A DNA stretch of 64,000 nt from Candidatus Multivoradales bacterium (GTDB lineage: Bacteria; Acidobacteriota; Thermoanaerobaculia; Multivoradales; JAHEKO01). The stretch lies in the NCBI GenBank assembly GCA_965248055.1, contig CBDFIJ010000004.1, positions 2,560,001 through 2,624,000 of the forward strand. The letters run 5' to 3'. The notes under the pieces are model-generated. The model had not been told where the DNA came from. It worked only from the letters and a program-made list of their open reading frames with translations, and did no database searches. Below, in pieces: positions 45,124 to 55,889 of the stretch. Position 1 is the first letter of the stretch. Each line of letters opens with the position of its first letter. The position numbers were made by a program, and so were the translations under genes.

Positions 45124-46838
45124 GGGCTCCCTTGAGTCCGGAAACCCGGTCGAGAGAAGAGACCCAGGCGCCAGTGGGTGCCGACGGCGGGCCATGGCTT
45201 GAGGTGCATCCAGGCGTTGCCATAGCCGCCGTAGCTTGGCATCGATCGGCACGCCAAGTTCTGACACCTCAGACACTGGCCTTGGTGGCCAAATTACAGC
45301 GGGAGTTTGGCGCTCAGCGTTTGCGCCTACTTTCGCAACGGCGCTTGCGACAGGCAGATTGGGATGCCGGAGATGTTCCCAGTCGACCTCGCCATTCCCT
45401 GGCGCAGGAAATCGCTGGCGACTGGCAGGTCGCAACGCTACCAGCCGACCTTCAGCGACGGCGGGTAGAAATCACCGGTCCGATTTCGGATCCCAAGATG
45501 GTGATCAACATGTTGAGCCGTAACGCCGCGGGATATCGAGCTGATTGCGCGATGCTCGATTTTGAAGACTCGATGAAGCCTTCTTGGGCCAACGTGGTCG
45601 CTGGGATTCACAATCTGCAAGGGGCAGCCGGAGCAGACCTTCAATTTACCCGGGCTGCCACAGCCAAGCGAGCGGAAAAGGTCTACCGCCTGGATCCCCA
45701 AGACATGGCACTGGTGATGGTGCGTTGCCGCGGACTGCATCTGCATGAAAACAACCTCCGCATCGACGGGGAGCCGGTGAGTGCCGGTCTGTTCGATCTT
45801 GCCGTCAGTGCTGCCGTGAGCGCTGCACAGCTGTTGTCTCGCGGTAGCACGCCCAAGTACTACGTACCCAAGACCGAGCACTACCTGGAAGCGCGCTGGT
45901 GGAATGCGATTTTCAGTGCACTTGAAGGGGAACTGGATCTTTCCTCTGGCGCGCTGCGCGCCACCTTTCTGATTGAGACCCTTCCCGCCGCGCTGCAGGT
46001 TGAGGAGATCCTCTACGAGTTGCGGGAGCGCGTCGCCGGCCTCAACGTCGGTCGTTGGGACAAGATTTTTAGTGACATCAAAGTACTCAAAGAACACCCC
46101 GATCGGGTGATGGCGGACCGCTCGACCATCACCATGCAGCAGCCGTGGATGCGCGACTATGCACTCAGCCTCATCCATGCCTGCCATCGCCACGGCGCCT
46201 TCGCCATGGGTGGCATGGCGGCATTTACCCCAGGCGGAGCCGAGGAGCGGCGAGCCCAGCAGACCGAGAAAGTCGTTGCGGACAAGCGTTGGGAGTCAGA
46301 ACTGGGGCATGATGGCTGTTGGGTTTCACACCCCTATTTCATCGGCCCAGCGCTTTCGGCCTTCCCGAAAGACCAGCAATTGGAGGTCATTCCGGAGATT
46401 GACCGGTCGATGGATCTGATTCCTCAGGGTCAGGGTCCACGCACCTTAGATGGACTGCGCACCAACATTCGGGTTGGCATCGCCTATCTCGAAGGTTGGA
46501 GTCGCGACATTGGCTGTGTCGCCTGGGATGACCTGATGGAAGACCTGGCGACCTTAGAAATCTCCCGCGCCCAGACCTGGCAGTGGTTGCGTCACGGCGT
46601 GCAGTTGGACGATGGGATCACGGTATCCCAGGAGTTGGTCGAAGACGTTTTTGCCCAAGAGCTGGCGCGTATTGAACAGGAGTTAGCCGGTTCGGCGCAG
46701 GGCACGCAATCTTTTCGGCTGGCTGCAAGCGAGGCGTGTCGCTTGTTTTGCGAGCCCAGTTTTCGTCCATTCTTAAGCGACGGGTCGCAGGTAGAGCAGG
46801 AGCAGCGCAGTACGCCATCGAGCACCGAGAAACCCTAA
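45117..46838 (+). CDS. aceB: Malate synthase A (start uncertain)
   Basis: RRVEITGP, DFEDS, LIETLPA, GLNVGRWD, AMGGMAA, GHDGCWVSHP, LMEDLATLEISRAQ. Confidence 0.93.
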   Translation: MLGAPLSPETRSREETQAPVGADGGPWLEVHPGVAIAAVAWHRSARQVLTPQTLALVAKLQREFGAQRLRLLSQRRLRQADWDAGDVPSRPRHSLAQEIAGDWQVATLPADLQRRRVEITGPISDPKMVINMLSRNAAGYRADCAMLDFEDSMKPSWANVVAGIHNLQGAAGADLQFTRAATAKRAEKVYRLDPQDMALVMVRCRGLHLHENNLRIDGEPVSAGLFDLAVSAAVSAAQLLSRGSTPKYYVPKTEHYLEARWWNAIFSALEGELDLSSGALRATFLIETLPAALQVEEILYELRERVAGLNVGRWDKIFSDIKVLKEHPDRVMADRSTITMQQPWMRDYALSLIHACHRHGAFAMGGMAAFTPGGAEERRAQQTEKVVADKRWESELGHDGCWVSHPYFIGPALSAFPKDQQLEVIPEIDRSMDLIPQGQGPRTLDGLRTNIRVGIAYLEGWSRDIGCVAWDDLMEDLATLEISRAQTWQWLRHGVQLDDGITVSQELVEDVFAQELARIEQELAGSAQGTQSFRLAASEACRLFCEPSFRPFLSDGSQVEQEQRSTPSSTEKP

Positions 46839-46865
46839 CGGCTTTGTAGCAGGAGGAACTGAACC

Positions 46866-48119
46866 ATGGATCAAGCAGCGAACAACACTCCGCCTCGATG
46901 GGATCAGGTGAAACGACCGTATGGCGAAGCCGATGTCGCAAAACTGCGCAACAGTTTTCCGATTGAGTACACCTTGGCGCGCAATGGCGCGGAACGGTTG
47001 TGGGAGCTGTTACACGGCCGCGACTACATCAATGCCCTTGGAGCGCTGACTGGAAACCAGGCGATGCAACAGGTTAAGGCTGGCTTGGAAGCGATCTATT
47101 TGAGTGGCTGGCAGGTGGCGGCAGACGCCAACTTGGCTGGCCAGATGTACCCCGATCAGAGCTTGTACCCCTCCAACAGCGTGCCGCAGGTGGTGCGTCG
47201 GATCAACCAAACCCTGATGCGGGCCGATCAGATTCACCACGCCGAGGGCGACGACTCGGTGCACTGGATGGCGCCGATCGTGGCTGATGCCGAAGCTGGT
47301 TTTGGCGGCTTGTTGCATGCCTTTGAACTGACCAAATCCTTGATTGAAGCCGGTGCTGCCGGGGTCCACTTCGAGGACCAATTGGCGTCAGAGAAGAAGT
47401 GCGGACACCTGGGTGGCAAGGTTCTGGTGCCGACCAGCCAGTTCGTTCAGACTTTGGTGTCGGCTCGCTTGGCGTCCGACGTGCTCGACGTGCCAACGGT
47501 GCTGATAGCTCGTACCGATGCCGACAGCGCCAAGCTGATCACCAGCGATATCGATCCCGCAGATCACGAATTCCTCACCGGGGATCGAACCGCGGAAGGG
47601 TTTTTCCGCATCACTGGCGGACCCGAGGTGGCGATTGCCCGTGGTCTGGCCTACGCACCTTATGCTGACCTGATTTGGTGCGAGACCTCCAAGCCCGACC
47701 TGGCTGAAGCGAAGCGATTTGCCGACGCGATTCATGACCGCTATCCGGATCAAATGCTGGCCTACAACTGCTCGCCTAGCTTCAACTGGCGTCAGCATCT
47801 CGATGAAGTCACCATTCGACGCTTCCAACGCGAATTGGCAGCCATGGGATACAAGTTTCAGTTCGTCACCCTGGCTGGCTTTCACGCCCTCAACCACAGC
47901 ATGTTCAGCCTCGCTCGCGACTACAAGAAGACTGGCATGTACGCCTATTCGCAGTTGCAAGAGGCGGAGTTTGCTGCCGAGTCCGAGGGCTACACCGCGA
48001 CCAAGCACCAGCGCGAAGTGGGTACTGGATATTTCGATCAGGTGAAGCAAGTGATCACTGGAGGGGAAGCGGAGACAGTGGCGATGGCTGAGTCCACCGA
48101 GACCGCGCAGTTCGCCTAG
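46866..48119 (+). CDS. aceA: Isocitrate lyase
   Basis: [43 protein letters not shown]. Confidence 0.98.
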   Translation: MDQAANNTPPRWDQVKRPYGEADVAKLRNSFPIEYTLARNGAERLWELLHGRDYINALGALTGNQAMQQVKAGLEAIYLSGWQVAADANLAGQMYPDQSLYPSNSVPQVVRRINQTLMRADQIHHAEGDDSVHWMAPIVADAEAGFGGLLHAFELTKSLIEAGAAGVHFEDQLASEKKCGHLGGKVLVPTSQFVQTLVSARLASDVLDVPTVLIARTDADSAKLITSDIDPADHEFLTGDRTAEGFFRITGGPEVAIARGLAYAPYADLIWCETSKPDLAEAKRFADAIHDRYPDQMLAYNCSPSFNWRQHLDEVTIRRFQRELAAMGYKFQFVTLAGFHALNHSMFSLARDYKKTGMYAYSQLQEAEFAAESEGYTATKHQREVGTGYFDQVKQVITGGEAETVAMAESTETAQFA

Positions 48120-48158
48120 CGCGACGCTCTAGCTGCGCGAAATCCGAGGCGATCGGCC

Positions 48159-48989
48159 CTACTGTTTCGGATTGTCTTCCCAAGACCCATACATCGGGTT
48201 GGGGAGCACGAAATAGCGGTCGCCAATCTCCGAGGGCAGACGGTCCTGGTTGAGGACTTCTTGCGTCAGGAGCGGAAAATCGCCGATGTTGTCGCCCAGC
48301 CACATCACTACTTCCAGCGGAGGAAGGGGTTCAGGGCGGTTGAGTTGAGCCTCCGGCCAATCCGAGGAGTTACCCCCGCGTAGAGCTTCCCAACGCGGGT
48401 CTTTCTCGCGCACACCGTGGCGACACAGCACGATGTCAAAGGCAATGCCGGTCGAACGTAGGTTGTCGGCGCTGGCTTGGCAACGGTGTGATTTGCGGTT
48501 GGTGACGACTGCAACAATGCCACCCATTTCTTTCACCCGCGCGGTGAACGCTGCTGCGCCAGGGAGTGCAGGCGCCTGCTTGCGCATCACCCAATCACCC
48601 CAGCTGTCGTCACTGAAGGTCACGCCTTGCTGGTTGATTTCGACTTCGTAGAGCGAGTTGTCGATCAGCGTTTCGTCGGCGTCGCTGGAAATCGCCCAGC
48701 TTCCTGGCTCCTTATCCGCGGTCAGTTCTTCTAGGCGTTCTAGAGCCAACGTGAAGGTTTGTTCGAAAATCGCGCGGTGCTCTGCGGAGTTGCGGCTCCA
48801 GTGCAGGGCTTCGTGGAACACAGCATCATGATCGTCAGCTTCCGAGGTGGTCGGTTCGGACTCCTCGGCATTGGTCGGTGGCGCTGGCACCGTGGGCAGT
48901 GGCGATTGGACACTCGAACAACCAATTAGCGTTGCTGCCAGGGTGAACCCTAGAAAAATGTGAAAAGTAGGTGTCGGTTGTTTGGGCAT
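48159..48989 (-). CDS. Class C acid phosphatase / 5'-nucleotidase lipoprotein e(P4) family
   Basis: Lipobox LIGC; DADETLIDNS, VTNR, GDNIGDF, LPNPMYGSWE. Confidence 0.9.
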   Translation of the reverse strand: MPKQPTPTFHIFLGFTLAATLIGCSSVQSPLPTVPAPPTNAEESEPTTSEADDHDAVFHEALHWSRNSAEHRAIFEQTFTLALERLEELTADKEPGSWAISSDADETLIDNSLYEVEINQQGVTFSDDSWGDWVMRKQAPALPGAAAFTARVKEMGGIVAVVTNRKSHRCQASADNLRSTGIAFDIVLCRHGVREKDPRWEALRGGNSSDWPEAQLNRPEPLPPLEVVMWLGDNIGDFPLLTQEVLNQDRLPSEIGDRYFVLPNPMYGSWEDNPKQ

Positions 48990-49037
48990 GTTGGGATCCT
49001 CCGTGTTGGGGGAGATTGCCGTGATCCGGGCCGGTCG

Positions 49038-50012
49038 TCAAGCGATTGTATGCGTCCACGACATATGGCACTGGTCGGTATGTTCAGCTACGTATTGTAG
49101 CGGTGGTTTTTGACCATGTCTCCAGTGTGGCCTTTCGGCGTTAAACCAGAGCAGCCAATCGAAGAGTTTTTGGTTGAAAGCTTGGATGTCGGTAAAGAGT
49201 AAATCCTCGTGATAGTCGACGAATTTCTCTTGGATGGTTCGATTGAATCTCTCGGCTTGGGCGTTCATCTTCGGGCACTTGGGGTAGGTGTACCAGCGTT
49301 TGATTCCTGCCTCAGCAGCTTTCTTGTCGAAGGCTCCTTGAAACTCACTACCGTTGTCTGAGAGCACAGTAGTAACAGCAAATGGCAAGACATCAAGGCT
49401 CAGGTCCAGAAAGCGCGCTGCCGTGGTCGAGGTATGAGAGTTGGTGGCTATCGCCAAGCTCATGCTACTGGCTGCATCGGTCAGGGTGATCAGGTAACGG
49501 CGTTGCCCATCACAGAATCGCTCGATGGTATCTACTGCCACCCATCGCCCTGGAGAGCGGGCTTTGGTTCCTTTAGGTTTGCGAGGCTTACGCTTTCGTT
49601 TGGCTTTCACTCGACCCAGGCGATCAATCCTTTGGGGCACCAAGCGCATCTTGTCGGGAGCATCGGCAATGATGCGGCCAATCGTGCTCACAGACGGGCA
49701 GTCAATCCCTAGCGCCTCGCACCAGGGTTTCAACAGTGGGTAGATCTTGTCCTTGCCAAGATTGGGCTCTTTCACCCGCAAACGACCGATCTCGGCTACT
49801 ACCTCAGAGGGCCACTTGCGTTTTCTCCGAGTTTTGGGAGCTGTTGAGCCAGGGTTTAGAGAGGTTAGCTTTCCTTGCGACCTACGAAGACGAGATTTCC
49901 AGCGGTACAGGCTCCTTCGGCTGACTGAAAATGCATCGATCGTCGCTTCGATCCCATGTTCATCCCAAAATCTCAATACTCGGATACGTTGCTCAGCGGT
50001 ATCTTGGGTCAT
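49038..50012 (-). CDS. DDE transposase (rve integrase core); may start at 50084
   Basis: HTH SRRSLYRW; AVDT, SDNGSEF, NAQAERFNRT, NAERPH. Confidence 0.92.
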   Translation of the reverse strand: MTQDTAEQRIRVLRFWDEHGIEATIDAFSVSRRSLYRWKSRLRRSQGKLTSLNPGSTAPKTRRKRKWPSEVVAEIGRLRVKEPNLGKDKIYPLLKPWCEALGIDCPSVSTIGRIIADAPDKMRLVPQRIDRLGRVKAKRKRKPRKPKGTKARSPGRWVAVDTIERFCDGQRRYLITLTDAASSMSLAIATNSHTSTTAARFLDLSLDVLPFAVTTVLSDNGSEFQGAFDKKAAEAGIKRWYTYPKCPKMNAQAERFNRTIQEKFVDYHEDLLFTDIQAFNQKLFDWLLWFNAERPHWRHGQKPPLQYVAEHTDQCHMSWTHTIA

Positions 50013-50130
50013 GACCCAAGATACCGCTAGATGACGAAGATCTACCAGGCCTTGAAAACGACCTCTCATCAGTCTTGTCGGCATCAGATCTCCTCACTGA
50101 ACCTGTGCCAGATGTTTCTGAACGCATGCA
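49047..50130 (-). mobile_element. IS481-like insertion sequence (1084 bp)
   Basis: Imperfect terminal inverted repeats TGTATGCGTCCACGACATATGGCAC and TGCATGCGTTCAGAAACATCTGGCAC; GCGAT duplicated at 49042-46 and 50131-35. Confidence 0.88.
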
Positions 50131-50242
50131 GCGATAACCATCATTGCTATGCGGTTTTGCCACAGTCGAGCGACGACCCGGAACCACGGGTCTCATTCCA
50201 CAACCCATTGTGGATCAGATCCGTACCTAGCGCGGAAGGTCG

Positions 50243-50478
50243 AGATCCTTCGACTCCCCTCGCAGACTCGGGTTCGCTCAGGATGACCTGGTTGGCTGGT
50301 GGTGCCCGACCATTTCGGCAGGGTATTTCAGGTGAGACGCGGGAGGGGGTAAGCCTTTCCTCTACGAAGATCTGTCTTTCCTCTACCAAGATCTGCACAA
50401 CGGGTGCTGGCGTGGGAAGAGGGTCAGAGATCCGACCACCGTCATCCCGGCGGTGGGTGGGGTGGTGGGCCGGGATCT
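50243..50478. repeat. Cluster of REP-like palindromic elements and a 21-bp tandem duplication
   Basis: gatccttcg..ctcaggatgac; tttcctctac(g/c)aagatctg x2; cgtcatcccggcggtggg..gggccgggatct, which recurs at 63878-63916. Confidence 0.6.
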
Positions 50479-50658
50479 ATTGTGAAATCGACCAGCAAGG
50501 ACTCCTTCTGCGGATGGGAGTTACTCTGGCGGAAGACGGGCAAGAAGGATGTAGCTTAGCGGGCGAGTCGTTGTCCGACGCGACCGCTACTGGCTCAGGT
50601 ATACGCTAATCCAGCATAATGCTGACGCGAGGGCAGCTATGCAAACCGGAGGTACGTT

Positions 50659-51528
50659 TTGTCACGAGTAGTCAAAGGCGGGTTGATTCAAACCAAGGTG
50701 ACGCCGGACGGGGGTGAGTCTCCGCTGGAGATTAAGACCGCGATGATCGATAAGCACATGGCGATGCTGGAAGACGCGGCTGCGCGGGGTGTGCAAGTGG
50801 TCTGCCTGCAGGAGCTGTTTTACGGGCCGTATTTTTGTGCCGAGCAGGAGTTGCGCTGGTACGACCTCACTGAGGAGATTCCCGACGGGCCGACCACCCA
50901 GTTGATGTGTGAGACCGCCAAGCGGTTGGGCATGGTGATCGTATTGCCGATCTATGAGGTCGATCTGCCGGGCGTTTACTACAACACCGCAGCGGTGATT
51001 GATGCCGACGGCACCTACTTGGGCAAGTACCGCAAGAATCACATTCCGCATTGCGCTCCAGGATTTTGGGAGAAGTTCTATTTTCGCCCTGGCAACCTGG
51101 GTTATCCGGTGTTTGATACCGCAGTGGGCAAGGTGGGGGTCTACATTTGTTACGACCGCCATTTCCCCGAAGGCGCGCGGGCGTTGGGGCTAAACGGTGC
51201 TGAGATCGTTTTCAATCCTTCCGCGACGGTGGCCGGACTGAGTGAGTATTTGTGGAAGCTGGAGCAGCCGGCACACGCAGTAGCCAATGCTTATTTTGTC
51301 GGTGCCATCAATCGCGTCGGCAAAGAGCAGCCTTGGGACATCGGTGAGTTCTACGGTCAGTCGTATTTCTGCAACCCACGGGGTCAATTTTTGGCTGAAG
51401 CCAGCCGGGATCAAGACGAAGTAGTGGTCGCCGATTTGGATCTGGATCAGATTGCCGAGGTTCGCAACGTTTGGCAGTTCTATCGCGACCGTCGCCCCGA
51501 GACCTACGACGACCTGACTGCACTGTAA
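50659..51528 (+). CDS. Nitrilase-family beta-ureidopropionase
   Basis: CLQELF, YRKNHIP, FWEKFYF, ICYDRHFPE; first gene of the pyrimidine operon. Confidence 0.9.
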   Translation: MSRVVKGGLIQTKVTPDGGESPLEIKTAMIDKHMAMLEDAAARGVQVVCLQELFYGPYFCAEQELRWYDLTEEIPDGPTTQLMCETAKRLGMVIVLPIYEVDLPGVYYNTAAVIDADGTYLGKYRKNHIPHCAPGFWEKFYFRPGNLGYPVFDTAVGKVGVYICYDRHFPEGARALGLNGAEIVFNPSATVAGLSEYLWKLEQPAHAVANAYFVGAINRVGKEQPWDIGEFYGQSYFCNPRGQFLAEASRDQDEVVVADLDLDQIAEVRNVWQFYRDRRPETYDDLTAL

Positions 51529-51556
51529 GAACCAAGAACCAAGAATCGAGGATCGT

Positions 51557-53053
51557 TTGTCCGAACTGAAATCAGATCTAACGGCTGCTGAACTGGCTGA
51601 AGTTCAAGGCCAAGCTCTATACAACGCGGACTTGGCGCCGGTGCCGTCGTTCGAGCGACGTTGGGGAACCTGGAACATCGCCGCTCTGTGGATCGGCATG
51701 TCGGTGTGTATCCCGACTTACATGCTGGCGGCGCAGATGATCAGCGCCGGAATGAGTTGGGCTCAGGCGATTGCGGTGGTGATGCTAGGCAATCTGATCG
51801 TGGTGGTGCCGATGATCTTGGTTGCCCACGCCGGCACCAAGTACGGGATTACCTTCCCGGTGTTTGCTCGCGCTTCGTTTGGCACCCAAGGTGCCCATGT
51901 CGCGACCCTGGCTCGCGCCGTCGTCGCCTGTGGCTGGTTTGGCATCCAGACTTGGATTGGCGGTAGTGCAATCTACAGCCTGATGCAGTTGGCGATGCCC
52001 TCGCTGGCAAGCAGCCCCGAGATTGGGTTTCTCAGTAGCAGTGCCGTGACGGTAAATGTCGCCCAGTTTGTTTGTTTCTTGATCTTTTGGATGATCAACG
52101 TTGGCTTGTTTGTTTGGCGCGGCATGGACTCGATTAAGTGGGTGGAGAACTGGGGTGCGCCGCTGCTGATTGCACTCGGCGTTGCGCTGTTTCTCTGGGG
52201 ATACAACGCCGCTGGCGGACTCGGCCCGATGTTGTCGCAAAAGTCTAGGTTTGCGACCTCAAGTGAGTTCTGGAGTGTGTTTTTTCCGCAGTTGACGGCG
52301 ATGGTGGGATTTTGGGCGACGCTGTCGCTGAACATTCCAGACTTTACTCGCCACGCGCGGTCACAGCGCGAACAACGAATGGGTCAGGTCTTGGGGCTCA
52401 ACACCACCATGCCGATCTTTGCCTTTATCGGCATTGCGGTGACTGGCGCCACGGTGGTGGTGTTCGGCGAAGCGATTTGGAACCCGGTCGACTTGCTGGC
52501 TCGATTCGACAGTGTTGGCGTGATGTTGGTTTCGATCTTTGCTCTGTTGTTGGCGACCCTGACCACCAATATGGCGGCCAACATCGTCGCCCCGGCGACC
52601 GCGTTTTCCAACCTCGATCCGAAACGGATCGGTATGCGCGGTGGCTGCGTCATCACCGGTTTGGTTGGCATCTTGATGATGCCGTGGAAGCTGTTGGCCG
52701 ATCCCAGTGGCTACGTGTTCACCTGGCTGATCGGCTACTCAGCATTGCTCGGACCGATCGCCGCAATTCTGATTTGTGACTATTACGCGATTCGCAAGAC
52801 CGAACTGGATCTTGCCGAGCTCTATCGGCCAAAAGGAAGGCACCGCGGCTTCTCGTTGCCAGCGATGATCGCACTCACGGTTGCTGTGGCGGTGAACGCA
52901 CCGGGATTTTTGGTCACCACGGGGATTCTCAGTGGCGCAGGATGGGCTGGAAGATTCGCCAGTCTCTACGACTACGCTTGGTTTATCGGCTTTACCGTTG
53001 CCTTTGTCGTCTATTGGACATTGAAACAGATGCCGAGAGAGGAAACAGCATGA
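51557..53053 (+). CDS. NCS1 nucleobase:cation symporter
   Basis: LWIGMSVCIPTY, CGWFGIQTW, WATLSLNIPDFTR. Confidence 0.93.
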   Translation: MSELKSDLTAAELAEVQGQALYNADLAPVPSFERRWGTWNIAALWIGMSVCIPTYMLAAQMISAGMSWAQAIAVVMLGNLIVVVPMILVAHAGTKYGITFPVFARASFGTQGAHVATLARAVVACGWFGIQTWIGGSAIYSLMQLAMPSLASSPEIGFLSSSAVTVNVAQFVCFLIFWMINVGLFVWRGMDSIKWVENWGAPLLIALGVALFLWGYNAAGGLGPMLSQKSRFATSSEFWSVFFPQLTAMVGFWATLSLNIPDFTRHARSQREQRMGQVLGLNTTMPIFAFIGIAVTGATVVVFGEAIWNPVDLLARFDSVGVMLVSIFALLLATLTTNMAANIVAPATAFSNLDPKRIGMRGGCVITGLVGILMMPWKLLADPSGYVFTWLIGYSALLGPIAAILICDYYAIRKTELDLAELYRPKGRHRGFSLPAMIALTVAVAVNAPGFLVTTGILSGAGWAGRFASLYDYAWFIGFTVAFVVYWTLKQMPREETA

Positions 53054-54390
53054 GCATGCCGCAACTTCCTAACTACTCGCATCAACCGCAACCTTACGAC
53101 GGACCGTCACGAGACGAGGTACGCGGATTGCGCCAGCAGTACCTGAATCCCGGGCTACTGATGTACTACAAAGATCCGATCATGATCGTTGAAGGCTCGA
53201 TGCAGTACCTCTACGATGAGACCGGACGCCGCTACTTGGACGGCATCGCTGGCATTGCTACGGTGAGTGTCGGTCACAGCCATCCGCGGATCCTCGCCGC
53301 TGCCAAGCAACAGCTTGACTCTCTACAACACGCGACCACCCTCTACTACCACCCTGGGATCGCCAGCTACGCGGAAGAACTCGCCGCCAAGATGCCAGGG
53401 GATTTGAAGGTCTGTTACTTCACCAATTCAGGTTCCGAGGCCAACGACTTGGCGATCTTGATGGCGCGAGTGCACAGCGGCAACTACGAGCTGATCGCTC
53501 TGCGTAACGCCTATCATGGTGGCGTTTCGTCGGCCATGGGGCTGACCGCACACAGTTCTTGGAAGTTCAACTATCCGCACGCGTTTGGCGTCCACCACGC
53601 GCGCAACGCCGATCCCTATCGCGGCCCTTGGGGTTACGACGATTCGCAAGCCGGGCACAAGTACGCCGAAGACGTGGCCGACCTGATCCGTCATGCCACG
53701 CCGGGAAGGGTCGCAGGGTTTTTCGCGGAATCGATCCAAGGGGTTGGTGGCACGGTGGTGTTCCCAGACGGATACTTAAGAGAGACCTACGAGATCGTGC
53801 GCGCTGCGGGCGGTGTCTGCATTGCCGACGAAGTGCAGACCGGGTTTGGTCGCACCGGGAGCAATTTCTGGGGCTTTCAAAACCATGAGGTGATGCCGGA
53901 TATCGTCACCATGGCCAAAGGAATTGGCAACGGCGCACCGCTAGCAGCGGTAGTGACAACGCCGAAAATTGCCGCCTCTCTGACCCAACGCGTGCACTTC
54001 AATACCTTTGGCGGCAACCCGGTATCATGCGCCGTCGGTCGGGCAGTCTTGCAAGTGATTGACGACGACCAAATCCAGGACAACGCCGCGGCGCGTGGAG
54101 CGGAGTTGCTGGCCGGGTTCGCTACGCTGCAACAAAAACACGACGTTATCGGCGATGTGCGCGGTGCTGGCTTGATGCTGGGGATCGAGTTTGTCCAAGA
54201 TCGGCAATCCAAAGATCCGGCCACCGAACAGTGTGTTCAAGTGTTCGAACGCTGCAAGGATCTCGGTTTGCTGTTGGGCAAGGGTGGCTTGTACGGCAGC
54301 GTGCTGCGCATCAAGCCACCAATGTGCCTGACTGCTGACGACACCCAGTTCATGCTCGAAGTGTTGGACACCGCGCTGAGCGAACTGTGA
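53050..54390 (+). CDS. Class III aminotransferase (beta-alanine transaminase, AGXT2-like)
   Basis: NSGSEAND, IADEVQTGFGRTG, MAKGIGNG, HFNTFGGNP. Confidence 0.9.
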   Translation: MSMPQLPNYSHQPQPYDGPSRDEVRGLRQQYLNPGLLMYYKDPIMIVEGSMQYLYDETGRRYLDGIAGIATVSVGHSHPRILAAAKQQLDSLQHATTLYYHPGIASYAEELAAKMPGDLKVCYFTNSGSEANDLAILMARVHSGNYELIALRNAYHGGVSSAMGLTAHSSWKFNYPHAFGVHHARNADPYRGPWGYDDSQAGHKYAEDVADLIRHATPGRVAGFFAESIQGVGGTVVFPDGYLRETYEIVRAAGGVCIADEVQTGFGRTGSNFWGFQNHEVMPDIVTMAKGIGNGAPLAAVVTTPKIAASLTQRVHFNTFGGNPVSCAVGRAVLQVIDDDQIQDNAAARGAELLAGFATLQQKHDVIGDVRGAGLMLGIEFVQDRQSKDPATEQCVQVFERCKDLGLLLGKGGLYGSVLRIKPPMCLTADDTQFMLEVLDTALSEL

Positions 54391-54409
54391 TCACTGCCCT
54401 CTGGAGGAA

Positions 54410-55887
54410 ATGAGTGTGACTCTGAAACCCAGACTCGACGCTAAGGCAGCGCAAGCCAACATGGCGGAAGCGACTCCGGCCTATCGCGGGCAGGAGGCAC
54501 GCGTTGAAGCGCTGCGCTGCCTGTATTGCTTTGACGCTCCGTGCATCTATTCCTGTCCCACTGGAATCGACATCCCCAGTTTCATCAAGCAGATCGCTGA
54601 GGGGCGCGATGCAGCCGCTGCGCGGACTATTCTCCAGGCCAACGTACTGGGGGCCAGTTGCGCGCGGGTTTGTCCCACCGAGGTGTTGTGCGAGGGTGCC
54701 TGCGTGATGCTGGACCGGGATCACCAAGCGATCGAGATTGGACGCTTGCAGCGCCATGCCACCGACTATGTGAGCGATCGGAAGATCCAGGTGCTAACGG
54801 CAAACTCAACTCAAACCGGACACAAAGTGGCTTGCGTCGGTGGCGGGCCAGCGAGCTTGTCCTGTGCCGCCGAGTTGGCACAGTTAGGGCACCAAGTCAC
54901 GGTTTTCGAGCGCCAAGAGCAAGCTGGCGGTCTCAACACCTACGGCGTCGCCTACTACAAGATGCCGCCGCGCGTCAGTCTCGAAGAAGTGTGGATGATC
55001 GAAAGTCTGGGGGTTGAGATACGCAACGGGGTAGAGGTCGGGGTCGACGTTTCGGGCGAAGAGCTGTTGCAGCAATTTGACGCGGTGTTTCTCGGCATCG
55101 GCCTGGGCCGCACTCATTCGCTTGGACTCGAAGGAGAGGATCTTCCTGGGGTGGTCGAAGCGCTCGATTTCATCAAACAGATTCGCACCCAGCCACTCCA
55201 CGAAGTGTCGGTGGGACGTCGGGTGGCGGTGATCGGATGCGGCAACACAGCCATCGACGCGGTTACACAGTCGAAACGGCTGGGAGCCGAGTTGCGGCAA
55301 TCGTTTATCGCCGTGGCCCGGAATCGATGCCCGCCTATCAATTTGAATATGAGCTGGCGAAGCGAGATGGTGCCGAGTTCTTCTTTTGTCGTCAACCGGT
55401 GGCGATCCTCGGTGACGACAAGGTCAACGGACTGCGCTTGGCGGCGACCTCGGTCCGCGATGACGGTCGAGTTACAGTCGACAGTGAGGACACGATCGAC
55501 CTGGAGTTCGACATGGTGATCAAGGCAGTAGGACAGCAACGCATGCAAGAGTCGGTGCAGAAGATCTTTCCCGAGGTCGCGTTTTCACGGTCTGGAGAGA
55601 TCGTCCGCGACTTCTCAACCGGGGCGACCTCAACGGCCAAAGTGTTTGCCGGTGGCGACGCTGCAAATGGTGGTTCGGAAGTGGTGGACGCAGTCGCCGA
55701 GGGTAAGCGCGCAGCCTACGCGATACACCGTGATCTGACCGGCGAAACCGGGGATCGTTCGGTGCAAAAGAGCCGCGTTGGCACCCCCGGACAACCGGTG
55801 GGAGCGGGGATCGATGGGCCGGTGCGAGTGCCGGCGCTTGAGGCCCAGTACGCGCAGCAACAGCGGCAATCGGAAGGAGGAGCCTAA
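54410..55887 (+). pseudogene. preT: Dihydropyrimidine dehydrogenase subunit PreT, split by a -1 frameshift near 55289
   Basis: CLYCFDAPC..CP, CARVCP, GGGPA, GCGNTAID in one frame; VAAIVYRRG..FAGGD..VVDAVAEGK in the -1 frame. Confidence 0.85.
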
Positions 55888-55889
55888 GA

